From: an uncultured Chloroflexia bacterium
GTDB lineage: Bacteria; Chloroflexota; Limnocylindria; Limnocylindrales; CSP1-4
DNA length: 64,000 nt
NCBI GenBank assembly: GCA_963713975.1
Contig: OY970218.1
Span: 2,144,001-2,208,000, forward strand
Direction of reading: 5' to 3'
Positions 58,946-64,000 of the stretch are shown in pieces. The first letter of the stretch is position 1, and each line of letters opens with the position of its first letter. Both the position numbers and the translations under genes were made by a program. The notes beneath the pieces were generated by a model that had not been told where the DNA came from, did not search any database, and saw only the letters and a program-made list of their open reading frames with translations.

Positions 58946-60783
58946 CGCTGCGTCGGGTCCACGACCCGGCCCATGAACAGGATGGCGCCGGTCTGGACAT
59001 CCCGGAGCAGGAACAGGAACGGCTTGTGGAGGCGCAGCGTCTTCGTCGTCCGGGCTGACGGGCCGCCGCAACCGCCGGTGGTGTCCATGCCGATCGCCGT
59101 TGCCGCGGCTGCCTCGGTGCCGCTCTCGTCGACGTCGATGTTCGCCTGGTGGATCACCATGCCGATGTGGAGCGGGTCGGTGGCCGTGATGCCCGAGAAG
59201 TCAGCAGCCACGCCATCGAACGGCACCTCCATCCCCAGCGCCCGCAGCGACGGGATCAGGTTGGCGCGGGTGTCGATCCCGAACTTCGGGAGGTAGAGGT
59301 TGACGCTGTACGGGTACGTCCCGCAGCGCATGTCCGCCCAGTCTGCCGCCGTGTACTCGAGCTTGGTGAGCCGCCTGCGCTCGGCGTTGAGCCGCTGCTG
59401 AACCTGGGCCAGTGTTGCCGCGTCGAGCAATTCTTCGAACGTCCGGATGTCGTCGGGCAGGATCATCGTCATCGCGAGCTCCGACGAGCCGTTGGGCGCC
59501 AGGTACCGGAGCTCGGTGGCGCGCCATCCATCGCCGGTCGCGAGCGGAAGGTCCTGGCCGCCGGCCTGGTACATCGTCGGTACCTGCGCCCGACTCCCGG
59601 CCAGGGTCGTGAAGGTGCGGCTCTGCGTCTGGTCTACGTCAAACGGCATCGCCCACTCGGCCTTGAGGTAGATCGCGTTGACGAGGATCAGACGCGTCTG
59701 CTCCGACACGTTCGGAGGCGCCAGCAACGACGGGATCCGGCCCAGCGTCTGACGGCTCGCCCAGGCATTGATGGCGTTGCGCGCGCCGTCCGCATCATTG
59801 ATGTAGTCGACGAGACCGAGCCCGGACCCGAACGTCCTGCCGATCCGGTCGAGGTAGGCAGCCTCGATCGAGTAGTCGCGCTGGCCGAACGCCATGTTCG
59901 CGATCCGTAGCGCCAGCTGGTGTGGCTGGTCGGCGTCTGCGTAGTCCTTCCACGTCGCGTCGCGCGAGCCCAGGAGCTGGTTCAACGAGCTCAGGCCGTC
60001 GCCGAGTCGGTTCCAGCCGTCCACGCGCAGGACCTTGTCCATCTCGGCAGCCGTGGCGCCCTTCGCGCCTGCGCGGGCCATGGCGAGCGCCGTCACGACG
60101 CTTGCGGGCGAGACGACGACCCCCGTGCCGGCCAGGCCGAGGTCCGGATCCTTGAGCATGCGCTTGTAGAGCGCGATGCCGAACTTGTTGTTGGCCGCAG
60201 CCTGGGCCTTCGCGGCGGCGACGGACGGCGTTCCGCGCGTCAGGTCGGCCGCGGCCAGCTCGAAGCCCGGGGTCGCGTCCCCGGCGAGCGCGACCCAGGG
60301 TGTGCCATCGTGGTCTGCGACGGCTACCCAGCCCTGGTCCACGCCGCCGGCCAGCGTCACCTCGAGCGGCGCCACCCGGAACCACGTGTAGTCGGAGGCC
60401 TGGACCGGGCCGGCCGTGACCACCAGCTGCGTTCCGATGGGCAGCACGGGCTGGAGCTTCAGTGAGTCGGCGGCCACGCGGGGTTCAGAACGGACTCGAA
60501 GCCGGTCGGACACGGTCACGGCAATGGCCCCGGGGACCAGCGCTCCATCCGAGGTCGCGACCGGCGATGAGGTCGGCGCGGGCGTCGTTGTCGATGCCGT
60601 GCCCGGGACCGTGGGCGGAGCGGGCACTGTCGACGCTGGTGGCGTCTGGAACGCCGCCGCGGCGGTCGGTGGCGACGAGGGAGCGGGGCCCGTGTCGCAC
60701 CCGACGACCAAGAGGGTGGCGAAGAGGACCGTCAGGAGCGTCCATCCGCGGTGGCGGCGTACCGGCTGGCTGACCGAGCGCAT
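58942..60783 (-). CDS. Serpin family lipoprotein
   Basis: Lipobox VVGC; SPASV..AL.M, INAW...T.G.I, LVNAIYLKAEW, LPKF, ESGTEAAAAT, PFLF and LFMGRV.DP. Confidence 0.92.
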   Translation of the reverse strand: MRSVSQPVRRHRGWTLLTVLFATLLVVGCDTGPAPSSPPTAAAAFQTPPASTVPAPPTVPGTASTTTPAPTSSPVATSDGALVPGAIAVTVSDRLRVRSEPRVAADSLKLQPVLPIGTQLVVTAGPVQASDYTWFRVAPLEVTLAGGVDQGWVAVADHDGTPWVALAGDATPGFELAAADLTRGTPSVAAAKAQAAANNKFGIALYKRMLKDPDLGLAGTGVVVSPASVVTALAMARAGAKGATAAEMDKVLRVDGWNRLGDGLSSLNQLLGSRDATWKDYADADQPHQLALRIANMAFGQRDYSIEAAYLDRIGRTFGSGLGLVDYINDADGARNAINAWASRQTLGRIPSLLAPPNVSEQTRLILVNAIYLKAEWAMPFDVDQTQSRTFTTLAGSRAQVPTMYQAGGQDLPLATGDGWRATELRYLAPNGSSELAMTMILPDDIRTFEELLDAATLAQVQQRLNAERRRLTKLEYTAADWADMRCGTYPYSVNLYLPKFGIDTRANLIPSLRALGMEVPFDGVAADFSGITATDPLHIGMVIHQANIDVDESGTEAAAATAIGMDTTGGCGGPSARTTKTLRLHKPFLFLLRDVQTGAILFMGRVVDPTQR

Positions 60784-60915
60784 GGCGGTGCACCTGCATT
60801 GGGGGTCGGCGCCAATACGGCTCGGCGCGGCCCGGCGCCCGGGGCCGCGTGTCGTTGCCGGCGGTTGAGACGTCCGACGGTCGCGTGACGTTGCGCGGGG
60901 TGGCATCCTCACCTC

Positions 60916-61728
60916 ATGACGGATCACGACCCCAGCCATCGTCCGTCGACGCGCACCATGCGCCTCGGCCGCGTGTCCATGCGCCCCGAGACCCACGCCC
61001 GCCTGCGCCAGGACCAGCGCACCGAGGACGAGAAGCTGCTCGCCGCGGACCGTGGCCGTGCGGCCTTCCTGGAGACGGACACCTGGCGGGCGCTGCGGAT
61101 CCTGTCCGAGTTCGTCGAAGGATTCGAGGCACTCGCTGGTGTCGGCCGCGCCGTCGCCGTGTTCGGGTCGGCCAGGACCCCCGACGGGAGCCCGGGCTAC
61201 GAGCAGGCCCGGCAGGTCGGCGCCGAGCTCGCCCAGCGGGGTTTCGCGGTCATCACGGGCGGCGGGCCGGGCTCCATGGAGGCCGCCAACCGGGGTGCCC
61301 AGGAGGCCGGCGGCCTGTCGATCGGCTGCAACATCGAGCTGCCCCGGGAGCAGCACTCCAACCCGTATCTCGACCTGTCGATCGAGTTCCACTACTTCTT
61401 CGCCCGCAAGACGATGTTCGTCAAGTACTCGGACGCGTTCGTGATCATGCCCGGCGGCTTCGGCACGCTGGACGAGTTGTTCGAGTCGCTGACCCTGATC
61501 CAGACGGGCAGGATCCGCAACTTCCCGGTCGTGCTGATGGGCCACGACTACTGGGACGGACTCCTCACCTGGATGCGGGACGTGCAGCTGTCGGCCGGCA
61601 TGATCGCGCCGGAGGACCTCGACCTGCTCCGGGTGACCGACGACCCGGCCGAGGCCGCCGAGATCATTGCGGCCTATGCGGAGGCCAACGGCCTGCGCGA
61701 TGAGGACGCCGGCGTCCCCGCACCCTGA
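60916..61728 (+). CDS. LOG family protein (TIGR00730)
   Basis: FGSAR, TGGGPG.MEAAN, RKTMFVK and PGGFGTLDE. Confidence 0.92.
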   Translation: MTDHDPSHRPSTRTMRLGRVSMRPETHARLRQDQRTEDEKLLAADRGRAAFLETDTWRALRILSEFVEGFEALAGVGRAVAVFGSARTPDGSPGYEQARQVGAELAQRGFAVITGGGPGSMEAANRGAQEAGGLSIGCNIELPREQHSNPYLDLSIEFHYFFARKTMFVKYSDAFVIMPGGFGTLDELFESLTLIQTGRIRNFPVVLMGHDYWDGLLTWMRDVQLSAGMIAPEDLDLLRVTDDPAEAAEIIAAYAEANGLRDEDAGVPAP

Positions 61729-62205
61729 TCAGGCCGGGACGGCGACCTCGATGACGCCATCCACGATGCGAACCGGGTAGTAGCGGAAGCGGCGGACCCG
61801 GGTCAGGCGGCGGGCGTCGGTCTTGCGGCCGGGCGGATCCTCCTTGGGCTCACGACCCGGCGGGGACCAGACCGGCTCGTAGGTCCCGTCCGGCCTGAGC
61901 CCGCCGGTCGTCGGCATCTGGACGGGATCGCCCGATGCCAGGTCGAACCTGCCGCTGTGGAGCGGACAGGCCACGACACATCCGTCGAGGTCACCGATCG
62001 ACAGCGGCGCGGCCATGTGCGGGCACCGGTCGTCCACCGCGCAGACCCCGAGCGAGGTGTGGGCGAGCAGGACGTCGGTCTCGCCGAGGGTCACGCGTCG
62101 CATGGCGCCCGGTGGAAGGTCCGCGAGAGACAGCACGGCCCGGAACGGCGCGGCTCCGGCCCCCGGAGCAAGCAGCTGTGCATCGAACGGCAGCAGGTCG
62201 GTCAC
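61729..62205 (-). CDS. Rieske 2Fe-2S ferredoxin
   Basis: CPH...CPLH..RFDL; TACCAT-N6-GTG start. Confidence 0.88.
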   Translation of the reverse strand: MTDLLPFDAQLLAPGAGAAPFRAVLSLADLPPGAMRRVTLGETDVLLAHTSLGVCAVDDRCPHMAAPLSIGDLDGCVVACPLHSGRFDLASGDPVQMPTTGGLRPDGTYEPVWSPPGREPKEDPPGRKTDARRLTRVRRFRYYPVRIVDGVIEVAVPA

Positions 62206-62322
62206 GTGGCGATGGTAGCGCGGGACATGGAGCGGGACCGGCGCCCGTAGGGACGCCGGGCCGGGAGGAGGAGCGCGGAGGAGCGTGGACGAGAGGCTGT
62301 GAGCGGCGATGAGCGGCGGAGT

Positions 62323-64000
62323 TCAGTCCAGCGCAGGCTCCGGCATCACGCCGGGATCGGAGGGGACGCCCGCTCCGGCCGCCTGCAATTCCTCGATCGC
62401 CTGGGCCACCAGGTTCTCGCGCCCGCCGGCGGTCTGGCGTAGCGGGATCTGCTTCATGAACAGGGTCACGACGAGCAGGGCGACGATGGTGCTGCCCACG
62501 CCGATCAGGAACACCTGGCCGATCGCGAGGCTGAAGGCCTGGTGGATGCCGAACACGATGTTGGGGATGATCGGCCTGACGGCCTCCTGGAACTGCGCAG
62601 GCACCGCCGCGAGGATCGACGCCCCCAGGTCCACGCCCACCTGCACGAAGTTGGTGGCAGCGCCGCCATCCTGGCTGACGAACTGGTTCACCATCTGCGC
62701 CGGGACGCCGGCCGTCACCATCTGGACCGGGATCTCGTCGGTCAGGCGGGTGGCGAACACCGTGCCCAGCGCCGCGAGGCCAACGGATCCACCGATCTGT
62801 CGGAAGAACGTGAGGTTGGAGGTCGCGACGCCAAGGGCTCGCACAGGGACCGCGTTCTGCACGACGATCGTGAACACGCCGAGCGTGGGCCCGATGCCCA
62901 GGCCGGTGATGAACATCCAGGCCCAGAGGACCGGCAGCGGCGTGTCCGCCTTGATGCCGGACATCAGGTACAGGCCCACGGCCATGACCGCCAGGCCGGC
63001 CACGATCACCGCTTTGTACATGCCGGTCTTCGAGACCAGGATCCCGGACCCCACGGAGCTGATGATGATGCCGGCCAGCAGCGCCAGCGTGTACAGGCCG
63101 GAGTTGGTCGGCGTCGCGCCCTGCACAAACTGGAACCATTGCGGCAGGAAGACCGCCGCCCCGAAGAACCCCACGCTCACGAGGAACGTGGCGACGATGG
63201 AGGACGCGTAGGTCCGATCCTTCCACAGCCCGAGCGGGACGATGGGCTCCTTGGCCCGCGACTCGATGAACACGAACACGGCGCCGAGCAGCAGGCCGAA
63301 CACGACGAGCCCGCCGACATCGGGCGTGCCCCAGTCGTTGGTCTGCTTGTTGGTGAGCCCGATCAGGAAGGCCGTGACCGCCACCGTGAACACGGCGCCA
63401 CCGAGGTAGTCGAAGTTGTGGCTGGCGTCGGGGCGCTTGACCGTGGGCAGCAGGCGGGCGATGACCGCGAGCGCCACGATCCCGATCGGGATGTTGATGA
63501 AGAAGATGAGGTGCCACGACCAGTTCTCGGTGAGGAAGCCGCCGAGGAGCGGGCCGAGGATGGCCGCTACGCCGAACACGGCCCCGAACAGGCCCTGGTA
63601 CTTGCCGCGCTCCTGGGGGGTGAACAGGTCGCCGATCACCGCGAGGCTGATTGGGAAGAGCGCTCCGGCGCCGAGCCCCTGGATGCCCCGGAAGAGGATC
63701 AGCTGGGTCATGTTCTGGCTGAGACCCGACAGCGCCGAGCCGATCAGGAAGATCGTGATGCCGATCATCAGCAACGGTTTGCGGCCGTACAGGTCGGACA
63801 GCTTGCCGTAGAACGGCACCGTGATCGTGGAGGTCAGCAGGTAGATCGTGATGGTCCAGGTCAGGAGCGACTGGCCGCCGAGGTCGGTGACGATGGTGGG
63901 CAGGGCGACCGCGACGATCGTCTGGTCCAGCGCGCCCAGGAAGAGCGCCAGCAGGATCGCGAACAGGATCTCCATCTTCGCCCGATGCGAGAGATCGAGG
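62323..64000 (-). CDS. DHA2/MDR-family MFS transporter (5' end probably beyond the window)
   Basis: LDQTIV..ALPTI, GKLSDLYGRK, RGIQGLG and W..IFFIN.PIG. Confidence 0.92.
   Translation of the reverse strand, partial: LDLSHRAKMEILFAILLALFLGALDQTIVAVALPTIVTDLGGQSLLTWTITIYLLTSTITVPFYGKLSDLYGRKPLLMIGITIFLIGSALSGLSQNMTQLILFRGIQGLGAGALFPISLAVIGDLFTPQERGKYQGLFGAVFGVAAILGPLLGGFLTENWSWHLIFFINIPIGIVALAVIARLLPTVKRPDASHNFDYLGGAVFTVAVTAFLIGLTNKQTNDWGTPDVGGLVVFGLLLGAVFVFIESRAKEPIVPLGLWKDRTYASSIVATFLVSVGFFGAAVFLPQWFQFVQGATPTNSGLYTLALLAGIIISSVGSGILVSKTGMYKAVIVAGLAVMAVGLYLMSGIKADTPLPVLWAWMFITGLGIGPTLGVFTIVVQNAVPVRALGVATSNLTFFRQIGGSVGLAALGTVFATRLTDEIPVQMVTAGVPAQMVNQFVSQDGGAATNFVQVGVDLGASILAAVPAQFQEAVRPIIPNIVFGIHQAFSLAIGQVFLIGVGSTIVALLVVTLFMKQIPLRQTAGGRENLVAQAIEELQAAGAGVPSDPGVMPEPALD

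Overview
High-GC bacterial chromosomal window; gene content and widespread leaderless starts suggest Chloroflexota (Limnocylindria-like) or an actinobacterium-like lineage, which is inference only. It holds about 60 CDSs and I saw no rRNA, tRNA or CRISPR array. A pyrimidine cluster (pyrR-pyrB-pyrC, with tandem PyrR-binding hairpins) is separated by about 18 kb from pyrK-pyrD-pyrE. Much of the gap is a catabolic locus: Liv-type ABC transporter, two SDRs, a non-canonical GcvPA/GcvPB pair with no gcvT or gcvH, an ATP-NAD-kinase-like protein, and a divergent DeoR regulator plus acetamidase. This locus is the best candidate for an undescribed pathway. Other content includes lipB, a GalT-like protein with a His-to-Cys change at the nucleophile position, an ECF sigma/ZAS anti-sigma pair with a GTCACA-N16-CGTC promoter, a decayed IS1595 and a ctaA-ctaB fusion. 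Two Rieske oxygenases share an identical 294-bp block and flank a c-di-AMP receptor and an MFS-cNMP gene. Further right are arcB-arcC without arcA, xth, an archaeal-type ACT/DUF5612 protein, a lipoprotein serpin, a LOG-family protein and MFS genes. Non-coding signals include two related inverted-repeat elements bracketing an ALDH gene and a hairpin-dense intergenic region at about 8.26-8.44 kb. All family calls come from motif recognition by eye, not database searches.
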